In this document: positions 28,312 to 40,745 of the stretch, piece after piece
How the letters are laid out: each line of letters starts with the position of its first letter
Numbering within the stretch: the first letter of the stretch is position 1
From: Phoronis australis
Taxonomy: Eukaryota > Animalia > Phoronida
Reading direction: 5' to 3'
Assembly (NCBI GenBank): GCA_002633005.1
Contig: NMRA01000083.1
Span: 322,896-386,895, forward strand
DNA: 64,000 nt
Translations under genes and position numbers: made by a program
The notes under the pieces: generated by a model
What the model saw: only the letters and a program-made list of their open reading frames with translations
Told to the model about the DNA's origin: nothing
The model's database searches: none

Positions 28312-31300
28312 CGGTATTTGCCCTAATAAGCACCCACAACTCTTAGAAAAATTCGCTTTAGGAAGGGGGTGCTCATTATAGCCCAAAAGTGGTCGAAACC
28401 CGGTCTCCGAAACAAGTGAAATCGTAAGCTAGAATTCATCAAATTTATGCTCTGTTACTCATCTGTAACCTATGACAGAGTTTCTACAAAATTGCAGTGT
28501 ATTGCTATCAAACTTTTGTTAAATTACGAGCATTTTTCAGAAAATCTCAGTGTGAAAACTCGCCGACTGGTGCGTCGTTGCCTCGCGATTGCTGATAGGC
28601 CAACTTGAATTCTTGATTAAAAATATAGTTTCAATTCAACAAATTACCTGAAGTGCTCCTTAAGTTTTCAAAATAGTGTGACTTCGATTTTTAAGTTCCT
28701 GTGGAGTCGGGATTAACAGCATATCAAGTCCGAATCTGCACTACGTCGTACACATGTTGTTGTCACGTGATGTTTGTTTTGAGCGAGGAGCGAGCGTGTA
28801 CGTGTCATCAGAGTTCATTTGTCACTGAGAGTAAACGCGATGTTACAATCTAGGTGTTCATTGTAACTAAGGAAATTAACACAAGCAGTAATGCAGAATG
28901 TGTTTTATTTAGCACATGTTGATCCCATCTGCTAAAAAACGTTCGATGCTTGAGAATTGACCTATCGCAAGCTCCATACCCTTGCGAAAAGTCACGTGAC
29001 ACCCGACAAACAAGCAAGATATCAGTGGCAAATAAATACACAGTAGATAAACAACGTTCCTGGTTTTTTGCACTTTCCAAAAACGTTTTGACAAAGACAA
29101 CAGGCAGTACTTTTCAGCTGAGAATCGTATGTTCATGAAAAATATTTCGGAGCCAGCGAAAATCCAAAGAACCCCACACGGGGTCCACCTTCACTTGAAA
29201 ACTGACAAGGCCACTGATCCGATATGTTCATGTAAAGCTGGGTATTTGCCTTAAAGTCAAATCATCTGTACGATGCCATAGATTTCAGGATATTTCGAAC
29301 AAAATCAGTGAAGATTCGCTGATATTTTTATTCTGCCTTCTGCTAAATTCCGCCAAATGAAAAGTCGGCCACAACAGATTGTATTCTCCAAGTAAAGTAG
29401 ATCTAGTCGATAGCACTGTTTACACTTTCTGCTCTTTGAGCAAAATATTTTGATTAAAAATCAGGTCGGTAGCTCAGGCACATATTCAACTTATCCTAGG
29501 CAAGCAGTTAGCTCTGGTAGGTCTAGGGCTGTGTCCAAAAGTCAAATTAACTCATGGAATTGGCCGTAATTCAGTGTACCATCAAGGCATTTAAGTTAGG
29601 TTTCATATTTTTTGTAGTTTCATTGCATAAAAGTAATTTGCATTTAATCTTAAACTTAGCATGATCACTAAGCTGTGGTATGGTAACAAAATATGACGAA
29701 TTTGGTGTAGTGGCAAAAAGTGGCCATTTACAAAAAGAACAACAAGAGCAACGCTGAGCGTTGAAATGCGCCCACAAATGCATTTCAAATGGTGTGCTTT
29801 TAGGGTTATTTATTTGTATCATAAAAATGGCCACTAGATGGCGCAAAAACATACAATCCATCCAAAAACATGAACATGCCATATTTCATAAAAATCTGTC
29901 AAGGAACTTCAGAGAAACAAAGGAAAACAGAATTAAATGAAATTGCCACTAGTGGGCACAGTGTCCGTTGGATCTGCCTGAAAGTCGTTGTCTGTTGTTA
30001 TCTTCATATAAATACACTTACTAAATTTAGTAAAGATCCTGCAGTGGGTTTAGGAGATACAACTATGGGCGCAAAACAAAACTACCAATAGGAGGCGCCA
30101 CAGTAGTCAGTCACCATCATCAAAGGTCGTCTTCACACTGAGAAAATATATATTTAATATATATTTTCAAATGATTAGGTTGATACAGGGGTGGAAGCCA
30201 AAAACAAGATTTGAAAACAGCAAAAATGGCCACTAGGTGGTGCAAAATACGTAGAATCATCACACCAATAGATGCCTATATTTAAAATTTCATGAAAATC
30301 TGTTGAGGACCTTTGAAGATACAAAGTTAAACGTAAAAAACTAATACTGCCACTAGGGGGCACAGCAGTAGTTAGATATGTCCAAACGTCGTCATCCGTA
30401 GTTAACATCATATAAATACACTTGCTAAATTAAGTAAAGATCATGCAAACGGTTTAGGAGATACAGCCATAGGCACAAAAAAACAAAACTGCCACTAGGA
30501 GGTGCCACAGTAGTCAAAATCTTCGGAAAATCATCGTCAACCGTCCTCTTTAGGGTAAACACATACATGCCAATTTTCACAATCGTCGTTTGAGCGGTTT
30601 GGTTGATAGAGGGATGGATGCAAAAAAACAGACTCAAAAACAGTAAAAATGGCCGCAAGGTGGCGCAAACTACGTCGAATCCATCCAAAAGCGGAAGGAT
30701 AGCATCATCTCACTAATAGGTGCCTACATACCAAAGTTCATGAAAATACGTTAAGGACTTTTGCAGATACAGAAGTAAACATAAAAAATAAAACTGCCAC
30801 TAGAGGGCACATCAGTAGTCGGATCTGTCCGAAAGTCATCGTCTGTTGCTAACATTATATAAATATACTTACTAAATTTCGTAAAAATCCTATGAACGGT
30901 TTAGGAGATACAGCCATAGGTGCAAAAAAAAAACAAAATTCCCACTAGGAGGTACCACAATAGTCAAAATCGTCGGAAAATCATCGTCAACCATCCTCTT
31001 CATAGTAAGCACATACATGCCAATTTTCACAATCATCCTTTGCGCGGTTTGGTTGATAGAGGGGTGGACGTAAAAAAAACGACTCGAAAACAGTAAAAAT
31101 GGCCACTAGGTGATGCAAACTACGTCAAATCCATCCGAAAACAGGAGGATAGTGTCTTTACGCTAATAGGTGCCTATATATCAAATTGCATGAAAATCTG
31201 TTAAGGACTTTTTAAGATACAAAGGTAACCGTAAAAAAATAAAATTGCCACTAGGGGGCACACTGGTAGTCGGATCCGTCCGCAAGTTCGCTCATGCCGT

Positions 31301-32943
31301 CCCATTCACGAATGGAACATATGTGCCAAATTTCATGAACATATGTCAAAGGGTTTTGGAGATAGAGCAGCGGACGCCGGACGGACGGAGATGATGGCAT
31401 AATGCGTCCACATGTAAATATGTGGGCGCATAAAAATTGTTTTTTAAAGCTTCATAAATCCATGCCGGCATCGTGTTTGAACATCTACAAAATGAGCTCT
31501 CCTTAACTCTACAGGCGTAGTGTATACTAGAAGTTCTCATCAAAATTTAATTCACCTGTTTATTTTTTCGTGACAACAGCTTGAACGAAGCTTTGAGTGC
31601 AGTAATTTAGTGGCCTCCCAGCATGTGCCGATCAAATCTATCAATTTTGGTTGAAAAGTTCTGTTGAACGCCAGCCTACAGGTATATGAATAACAAAAAA
31701 TGTACCTTTGCTACGAAACAGAACGATGTCCATTATAGGTCTACATAAATGAAAAATAATAAAAAATGTCCTTAAAAACAACTTTCCGGGAACTACCGCT
31801 AGACTAGTGCTCGGATCCAGTGCCGAGACAGAGGCCCCCACATGAGTGAAACTCCCGAGTCAAAATCAGATATGCCTACAGTATAACCACCAAACTGAAA
31901 AGTACATATCTTAGAACAAATATAGTTGTGTTTAAACCTTCGAGTAATCCAGCAACATTGTTAAGTTTAGCTGCTCGTGTGTCGTGTGGCCGTGCACACA
32001 GTTTGATCCATTGTTTACACAGGCGACAGCAGTTTTCGGCTTAGGGAATGCCCAAAAAATGATGGGATATTCTACTCTAGCTGCATAACGGCAGTCAGAA
32101 CTACACACGACACATCAACACTGTTTCACCATTTTTATTGCACAATTTTTTGAGCTATAGAAATAAGCTTTACCAACAACGACACTGTTTGTCGGGTAAA
32201 ATGGCAGCTTGGAAATGCAGACGAAGGTGTGTCAAGAATGCTGCGTTCTGACTGGTTGATTAAGACGTCAGTCAAACTCCTGGCGATAGGTCAATTGTCT
32301 CAGTAAGGCCGATGCTATTGAGTCGCCAGGTGACTGAATGCGTGGCAGTCTAACAGTTATTTTTCAGGAGACTCGAGGGGTGCAAGGGTGTGGAAGTGTT
32401 CACTACAGTGAGTCATTTTGACTTAAAAAACACCAATTACGACTAATTTAATAATTCCCCCTTAAAAATAACGCAAACGTTTTTTACGGAATTAGAAAGT
32501 TTCGTTAATAAGTGCCAGTATTTATTTCTTGCCGATGCTATGCTACCCGTTTCATGAATATAGCTTCCGAAGACTAATTTTCGATGACAGGTACTTGAAT
32601 GTAGCGCGCGCTTCCTGGCCACGTGCTTTTAACTGAACAAAGGTCAAGTTTTTATTAGTCTTTGATTCGTGCTTGTGTTCTTTTTGAAGCACAGCAGAAG
32701 TTTGAAGTGTATAGCTGGTCACAGCTAAATACCGACATAGCGGCGATTCTTGTGGTCTACAAATTTCACCCACGATTTTTTCAGGACTGCCTGATCTTAT
32801 TGATAAAAATTGAAGACGTTACTGTAGAATTTTAGAACTGTAGATAAGGCATTTTTCGCATGGACCAGGCGCTTATTTTAGCAAAGTTTGAAAACGCGTG
32901 GAGGCGCTTATAGGAGTATGGGCGCTTATTAGGGCGAATATGG
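28312..32943. mobile_element. Mariner-like family M copy 2, carrying further nested insertions
   Basis: TA-cggtatttgccctaataagcaccc ... gggcgcttattagggcgaatatgg-TA; subterminal sequence homologous to 24874-26425. Confidence 0.8.
29741..31436 (-). mobile_element. Helentron/DINE-1-like non-autonomous element (HINE) with internal ~450-bp higher-order tandem repeats
   Basis: Subterminal IR atgcgcccaca/tgtgggcgcat, partial IR atgcgtccaca, (ggac)n microsatellite near 31372-31389, terminal hairpin caacgctgagcgttg, T-rich termini on the minus strand, central tandem array. Confidence 0.75.
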
Positions 32944-34377
32944 TATTGCAAATTCAGTTGACATTGAGAGTGAATGTTGAAATGGCAAACATGGTAAACG
33001 CATGTATAGGTTATACTGACCGAAAACAAGTTTTCATGGAATAATTAAGAGATTTTCACATCTCCCTACTTAATTGGCTTTTTCTCGCCTTCGGCAAATC
33101 AACTTAATTTTAACTCAGCAACACAAGTTCTTGAAAACAGCTCGGTGGATTTCGCAGATATTTATTCATCAAACTCAAAAAAGCTGTCAGAATTTTCAAT
33201 ATAAAGGCCTAGTTTTTGCATAATGTAACAAACACGAATATAACTATTTTTTATAAAAAATACCTTCCATTTTGCAAGTTGATTTGTCATGGAAACCAAA
33301 CTAAAAAACGGTAATAGAAAATTCCTAACAACATTTTGAGGTAACAGGTGAAGTTTTTTAAAGGTTTCATTATAAAATCTACTGAGGCATTACTTTGGTA
33401 CGAATGTACCTATCATAAAAATGAAATTTTGACCGAAAAAAGGTGTTCAAGTAATAATAATAATAATGGCACATAAATCTAAAACATATTCTTATATGCC
33501 TGATCTTTTTTCTTTCAGAAAATATATATTTTTACTAGTTGCCCAACCCTGTTTTTTGACATACGCGTTAGAATGGAGGCCACTAAATCAGATTTGAGAT
33601 AACCTTTAGTCAATTATCATGAAACAGACCCTAGGGAATGATGGAGATATTTTGAAGTGTAGAAACTTTAAGATTTAAAACATATCTTGAATGGGAGATG
33701 AGATATAGACAATTACCAAGACATCAGTGACAACTCGTCAATGGCACAGGCTTAACGTTACACATGCACCATAAGTAACATAGTGCTGTAATCTGACGGA
33801 TATGGTACCCTATGAAAATGCTGAGGTCAGCGACATCTCTACATTTGATGTGCTATGATAAGTATTGAAAAAGGTACTCTACAACATGGTTGAAACTGAC
33901 AATTGACCAATCGCAAGATCCGCCCCTTTGCAAAATGTTGACAAAGTTACAAACAATAACTTTTACTCGGCAACATGTTGTTTGTTAGGTAAAATGGCAG
34001 CTTGGAAACGATGTGTCAAGAATGCTGCGTTCTCATTGGTCAGTTAAGCCATCACTAAAAATCCTGGCGATAGATCAACTATTGTGCCGAGCAAATGTAA
34101 GCGCATTGTCATTAAATCTCCTTGCGACACATTTCATGATTATCTACTGAATGGAGCTGTTGCTACAGCACGGTCAATTGTGTCCAGGTGCAGCCTGTTT
34201 GGATATGCACCTCGCCTTGTGAGAACGCACAGAGATTCGCAAGAATTCTTAAAAATGATTAGAAATATTTAGAAGAGTTTATACAGCCAGCCAGTTGTGT
34301 AAACAATTACTGTGGTAAAATCTAGTATCATGTGAACAGAGAACTAGCTTTGAGAGGTAGTAAATTCTAACTTGAAG

Positions 34378-34687
34378 CACAGGCGTTCTCAGCTTCTCAT
34401 TGTCCCCAATACAAACTGCAAGGTATGACACTCGGGACTAAAAATTCCACGGGTGCTTCAATTCAGCTATGCATATCAAACACAAAACTCAATAAATTTA
34501 CACAAAACAGGGGTTCGACAAACCACGAGCAATTGTTCTTTCACGGCTGAATTGAAGCACCCATGGAATTTCTAGTCCCAAGTGTCATACCTTGTAGTAT
34601 ATTATGTAAATATATGTATTTATATGTTTATATATATGTATATGTATATAATGTATTGGTGACCATCAGAAGCTGAGGGTGCGTGTG
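34378..34687. mobile_element. Foldback MITE with CAC..GTG ends (family F, copy 1)
   Basis: Long inverted arms (aggtatgacactcgggacta.. / ..tagtcccaagtgtcatacct); flanked by cttgaag on both sides; homologous to 36589-37115. Confidence 0.75.
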
Positions 34688-35090
34688 CCTTGAAGTAGAG
34701 ATGCTTCAAAGGATTAAAGTTATTGACAAGAAGAGTACTGTTGTGACGAGTGACTTCCAGGTGTCACGTACAGCTATATAAAGCCTCTCTAAACTGATTG
34801 CAAAGTGGCAATTGTCTTTTTCTTGAACAGTTTGGTCGCTCGACTCTCATGCCGGCAACCCCAGAACAAGTTTCAGTGTCAGCTGAAATTTTCAACAGTA
34901 GTGGACCTTTTGTGGATCTGTGAACCTGTCAACCACCTTCAGGAAACATTCCAAATATGGAGAACCCGCTACTGGACAGGAGTAAGTAACTACTCTGAGT
35001 TGATATACTGCTATTAAGGGTAGTTCACGTGGTGTGTGTCACAAGGTGCAAATACTTATTTACAGACTGGTTACATGTCTAGTGTGAAGT

Positions 35091-37167
35091 TAGACAGTGA
35101 CCACCGTCTCTAGCAGGCCAGTAGACGGTGAAGGAGCTTCATACACCGGAGGATTTTCGGCAAATTATGCCTCACACTGATTAAAACATCAAAGTCACGT
35201 TGTTATAAGTACCTTTTGTGCATAGGGGAGACCTTAGGACTATTTGCTCGAGTTGGAAGGCCTCCGACCTAAGGGGTCCCTCTATGCGCGAAAGGTACTT
35301 ATAAAACTTATGTTGTATTACTGCACAGGTTCCCTAGTTATGCCTCACTGAGAATACTTACAATGTACGGCCAATCTGTACGGCTGAAAGCCTATACAAC
35401 CAGCTCCCAACAAGGTCCAGATTTGACAGGCAAAATTGACGATGGATTTATAGTGGTACCATCCGGAAAACTATCACACGGACGAATCACAGGACAGCAC
35501 TAAACAATTCGAATGATGTTGACTATTACAACATTTCCCCATTCCCTAAAAGAAGTGAGGCTCACCCGTCAATCAACATCATTCACAAAATATTTATTGT
35601 CCTCCCCAACAAAAAAAACACAAACTGTTAGCATAAGAACAGTGTGATAGTTCCCATTGGAAGGAGATAAAACAGCTGTTAAATAAGATAAAACCAGTAA
35701 AGAGTGTGGAGTGCCTGCACACCCCCAATGGATGGAGCAGTCACTTGGCGGTAAAAATAGTCACCAAAGAATATTTTCCAAACGTAATAAAACAACACGT
35801 AACAATTACACATAAGACCCCCCCCCAGGTAGGGCTGGACGTAATGGGTCATAGTCACTATTACGTCACTCCAACATAAGGGTTAGCACTTTCTAAAAAT
35901 ACACGCTGATGAGGATAGATGCCATTAAGAACACTATTTTCGTGGAATGGGGGTGGGACTTTAAGCCTCAAATCACTCTCGGCCAACGTACTGCAATCCG
36001 AACGAAGAACAGAGGAATCTTTGGTAAAACGCTCTTGTTGGTTAAAAATTTGTTAGAGACGGAGGTAATGGATGGGAGACAATGGGACAGATCGGTGTCA
36101 GATTTCCTATTGTCAGTTTCACCTTGGACAGAGGGTTGATAACTGCAATTGGCATCTGACCCTACTGCAACAGAGCGATAAACTTTTTGTGGGATATTGG
36201 AGTTCAGTTTTTTGGAATGTCTCTTCACTTGTTTTTAACAAATCCCAAAAGGTTAATTACTTGGGACAGGGATTTTTCATTCAGTCTGCTCCAACTTAAA
36301 ACGTTTGGAAATGCTGATGATACCCGCTGGACGTTAGCTGGCCTGTTTTTTGGACAATTGACATGCAAATGATCCGTTTCTCCAAACAAATGTCGTCTGT
36401 GAAGACCTCAAGTTTGTATGCCTGAAGACAGTGAAGTTGGCTCAACCTTTTTAAAATAGTAAGTACTCTAGAGACCCTACTAGTGAACCTGTGCAGTAAT
36501 ACAACACTTATAACGACGAGACTTTGATTTTTTAATTAGTGCGAGACATAATTTCGCTGAAAAGCTTCGGGCGTATGAAGCGCCTATACACAGGCGTCCT
36601 CAGCTTCTGATCGTCCACAATACACTATATAAAAATACTACAAGGTATGACACTCCCGACTAGAAATTCCATGGGTGCTTCACTTCAGCTGTCCATAGAA
36701 AACACAGAATTATGCGATGAGTTACGGATGAACGTCAGTTGCCGATTTGTCACGGAAAGTTACGAAATTGTGACAATTGGCAATTTCCGTTCATCCGTAA
36801 CTCATCGGATAATTCCGTATCGTCCTTGTCCTTCGATTTACAAAGGAGTTTCTCTGGACAGGCTTTTTGGGAAGGTTTTTGTGCTTTGACCACGAATTTC
36901 TTGCGAACTGGGTGAAGCATGACACCGTGAACGGTGTTGGGAGAAAAAACAATTCCTCATGGTTTGTTGAACCTCTGTTTTGTGTAAATTTATTGAGTTT
37001 TGTGTTTGCTATGGACGGCTGAAGTGAAGCATCCGTGGAATTTCTAGTCGGGAGTGTCATACCTTGTAGTATTATATAGTGTATCGTGGATGATCAGAAA
37101 CTGAGGACGCCCGTGCCTGTAGGAGCTTCACCGTCTGTAGTTCACCAGAGATGGCGGTCACTGTCTA
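35091..37167. mobile_element. Long-TIR element with TAG..CTA termini (Academ-like family A, copy 1) with ~1.1 kb of unrelated internal sequence
   Basis: TAGACAGTGACCACCGTCTCT ... AGAGATGGCGGTCACTGTCTA; inner arms ttgtattactgcacaggttc / gaacctgtgcagtaatacaa. Confidence 0.7.
36589..37115. mobile_element. Foldback MITE family F copy 2, inserted in the right arm of family A copy 1
   Basis: cacaggcgtcctcagcttctga ... tcagaaactgaggacgcccgtg; it splits the host motif gcgcctataggagc. Confidence 0.8.
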
Positions 37168-37198
37168 GTAAAGACAAATTGTGAAGTAGGCCTAAATT

Positions 37199-39301
37199 TA
37201 GGCAATGACCATCGCCTCTGTTGGCCCGACCAGAGGCGATGCAGCTCCTATAGGCGCTCCATACACTGGAAGCTTTTTGGCGAATTATGCCTCGCACTGG
37301 CTAAAACATCAAAGTCACGTTGTTATAAATACCTTTTGCGCATAGAGGAACACCTTAGGAGGTTGTCGATGTGTTTAATTTCTTCCAACTCAAACAAATA
37401 CTTCCATTATCGAACTTTTTGTTTGAGCAGTCACTCGTTCAGTTCCCAAAATCGTGAACTCACCATTTTTATACTACGCACGCTCCAATTTTTATCGCGC
37501 TCGATAAGTGATGTGACTTCGTGACCTCAATCTTTAAATAGGCCAAAGGTGAGCCATTGCGGTCTTGTCAGTCAAATGTTCGTTTCCATAATGTCACCAC
37601 TACAATAATGTCTGCAGGCAGAACCTCATCTGAAATCCGGGCCAATCTCAACTCTGATTTAACAATCATTTCAGATTGGCTTGTATCCAATAAACTATCC
37701 TTAAATGTTTCTAAAACTAAAACTCTTCAATTTGGCACATCCCAAAGACTTAGAAACCAAACCCTGCCATTAACTATGGATGGAAGACCAATTGAAAACG
37801 TCAATTCCTTTAAATATCTGGGACTTATATATGATCAAAATCTTAAATTCTCTTACCACATTGATTATATCTTGAAAAAGGTGCCTAAGAAAGTTGGCGT
37901 ATTGAAATGCATCAGTAAATTCGTTATTAGAGCAACACTGAGAACCCTTTTTAATGCTATCATTCAACCTCACCTAGATTATTGCCTCCCGGTGTGGGGT
38001 GTTGCATCAGGCAAGGATATAAAAACCATCCAGGTTATCCAAAATAGGGCTGCCCGAATTATTCTGGGAGCTGGTGTTAGAGACATTAACATCGAAAACC
38101 TTCATAAAGAGACTGGTATAATGAAAATTCACACAAGACATCAATTCCTATCTGCTTGTTGTATCTACAAATGTTTTAAAGGTCTTGTCCCATCTTACTT
38201 ATGTGCTAAGCTTAAGATGACTACTAATACTAGGTCCTCATCATCATCTGATTTCAATCTTCCTAAACGCAGAAGCGAAACTGGGAAAAAATCATTTTCC
38301 TACAGCGGGCCCTTTTTATGGAACTCTCTCCCTGCAGATACCAAATCTACATCATCCTTTCTAACCTTTAAAAGAATTATAAGAAATAGATTTAACTTCA
38401 TGTAGTGTGTAAGAATTGCATGTTTATTTGCTTGTTATCTATATAACGTCTTACTTTTATTAATTATTGATGGTCTGTTTTTAATTTTTTATATTTATAT
38501 TTATTTTTAGTTAATTATCTTGTCTTAATTTCGTTTATCTTCTATTTATCACATTTTATTTTTTATTTTGCTTCATCAGTCTTTCTCTATTAATTTCTTA
38601 TTCTTTGCTTATTACTTAAATTTGTCTTTCATTTTGTAATTCTGTTTTTGTCATACTATCGGTTTGTTTTTTACTGTGGGCCCCCATGGAAAGCAGTGTG
38701 AACTGATGGGGCTACCCTCATTGTAAATATTACATTAATAATAATAATAATAATATATACTACTTGTCTTTAATTGGCGTTACTTGAAACTGGTTGTATT
38801 TCAATGAATTATTGCTTGTATTTGATAAAAATGAATTCTGTTTATATGACTTTTAATAGTCTTTGTGCACATATTTGTCAATTTAATGTTTAACAACATG
38901 GCAAATGCATGGCTGGTTCCCGGCAGCACGTACGCAGAGGGCGGGGACTTCAGCTTTCAAAGTTCGATGGTAGGACCGCAACTTCTGACCTTCGGCCTGG
39001 TTAAAAGAATGAGGTCATGTCTCTTGGCGTGTGCCGAGTGAAAATGGTGAGTTCACGATTTTGGGAACTGAAATAGGGACTGCTCGAAGAAAGTTTCATA
39101 ACAGGAGTATTTGTTTGAGTTTGAAGGAATTAAACACATCGACAACCTCCTCCTCTATGCGCAAAAAGTATTTCTTACAACGTGACTTTGATGTTCTAGT
39201 CGGTGCGAGGCATAATTCGTCGAAAAGCTTACGGCGTATGGAGCGCCTATAGGAGCTGCATCGCCTCTGGTCGGGCCAACAGAGGCGATGGTCAATGCCT
39301 A
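37199..39301. mobile_element. Academ-like (AcademH-type TSD length) non-autonomous element, family A copy 2, containing a LINE
   Basis: TAGGCAATGACCATCGCCTCTGTTGGCCCGACCAGAGG TIR extends about 250 bp; perfect 9-bp TSD gcctaaatt at 37190-37198 and 39302-39310. Confidence 0.8.
37596..38755 (+). mobile_element. 5'-truncated LINE (CR1/L2/Crack group): ORF2 RT C-terminal part, 3' UTR and (TAA)n tail
   Basis: ORF 37557-38405: WLVSNKLSLNVSKTK, FKYLG, IIQPHLDYC..VWG, QNRAARII, SFSYSGPFLWNSLP; T-rich 3' UTR, terminal stem region and taataataa tail; the YADD motif is missing because of truncation. Confidence 0.92.
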
Positions 39302-39939
39302 GCCTAAATTAAGACTTAATTTAAGGGACAGATTGATTGTAGGCTGTAGTGTAAGGGTCTGTTTTTCCAAACAACTACCTTGAGTTAAAGAGCCATAATA
39401 ACTGAACACATTTCAAGACTAATCACAGTTTTTCTTACACACAATGTAAAACAAAAATTCCAGACATATCGGAAATGTGTTCCTCACCTATTCTGAAATT
39501 TCCTTTGGGTACCCGCGTTTGCACCCGTCCTTGGCTGCTGAGGAAGTTGGCGAAAAAGACGCAAACTAAATTTCGATTAAAGAGGAAACGTGATAAAACC
39601 TCAAAATTTTGTGTTTCAAATACCATAATGAACAGTATTTATTTTGTGTTTGGTAACCGCAGATGTGGCACATTTATAGTAACATATTTCGAAATTATTT
39701 TATAAAAGAATTCGTTTGTTTCCGGATTTCTCGTCGCCACTTTCGAAATTGTTCGCGGTTGTGATGTAAGTCTTTCTCAAGTTCCAACTCTTTCTTTTTA
39801 ATCTTTACTAACATTGTGGCTTAATAACTATTGTAGACGTGCGAAATTATTGGGAACATCAACAGAGGCTGCCCCTGTAGAACTCGTTGTGGCGACCTGC
39901 GGGCCGCCAATGCGACCTCGGAAGTCGGATAGGGAGGAC

Positions 39940-40745
39940 AACATTTTGGTAATTGTTTACAATATGACGACAAAGACTTAGACATATGATTTTGGTAATG
40001 TTCGATTCCTCGCAATGTTATCTTTCCAAATATACACAGAAATTTTTCCTACCCCGTTCCCTTAGTTTTTATCGTGAAATTTCTGCTCGAACTATTTCCT
40101 GGTACTCGGTAATAATACCTCCATGTTGAATGGATAAGGAGTCACCAGGCGGTCAAAAACTGAACTAATCTACCGACTTGCAGATCGTCGCTTTTCGTAA
40201 GTTCAAATTGACCGAGACCCGTCAATCCACTGCCCGAGTTACGTAACCAAGGGTTCGAATTCGATCCTATGTTGACCCTGATATACGCATCTCGCATCTG
40301 CAAGCAAGAATCTGCCAAAAAAGCGGAGGTTGTTTTTGAGGTCCAGATTTGTGAAAAAAGTATCACTTCAGACAATTTCATGGAAAAATGGTCAAATGGT
40401 CACAATTCTAAAAAAAATGGAAAAGGTAAAATGCTTCTACTTGTGCATCCACTATATTATGTCAGGAAAACTTTAGCGGGAATCTTGCGCGGGCAACCAC
40501 CATTTAGAATCAATGATGCTGTTTCATTCAATAACAATAGGTGTCGCTGTTATCTTGAGTTGAACTAACATGGCGGTGTCCACCGGGAAATAGTGCTAAC
40601 TGAAATTCGACGATAAAATATGAAAGAAATGCGGTAGGGGATCAATTCATATATTTTTGGAAAGGTGACGGCATGAGGAATCGAACGATACCAAATCATA
40701 TGTGTAAGTTATTGTCGTCATATTGTAAACAATTACCAACATGTT
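39940..40745. repeat. ~70-bp inverted repeat pair bounding ~0.8 kb, probably a TE remnant
   Basis: ggtaattgtttacaatatgacgaca...ttcgattcctc versus gaggaatcgaa...tgtcgtcatattgtaaacaattacc. Confidence 0.65.

Larger units (their letters stand above)
27566..33604. mobile_element. Kolobok-like non-autonomous element (family K, copy 1), interrupted by family M copy 2
   Basis: ggatatctcaaacct ... tttgagataacc termini; 27566-28310 plus 32946-33604 is collinear with 44238-45658. Confidence 0.8.

Noticed and set aside
34378-37115. Superfamily assignment for the CAC..GTG foldback MITEs
   Set aside because: Apparent TSD length differs between the two copies (about 8 versus 6 bp), so I left them unclassified
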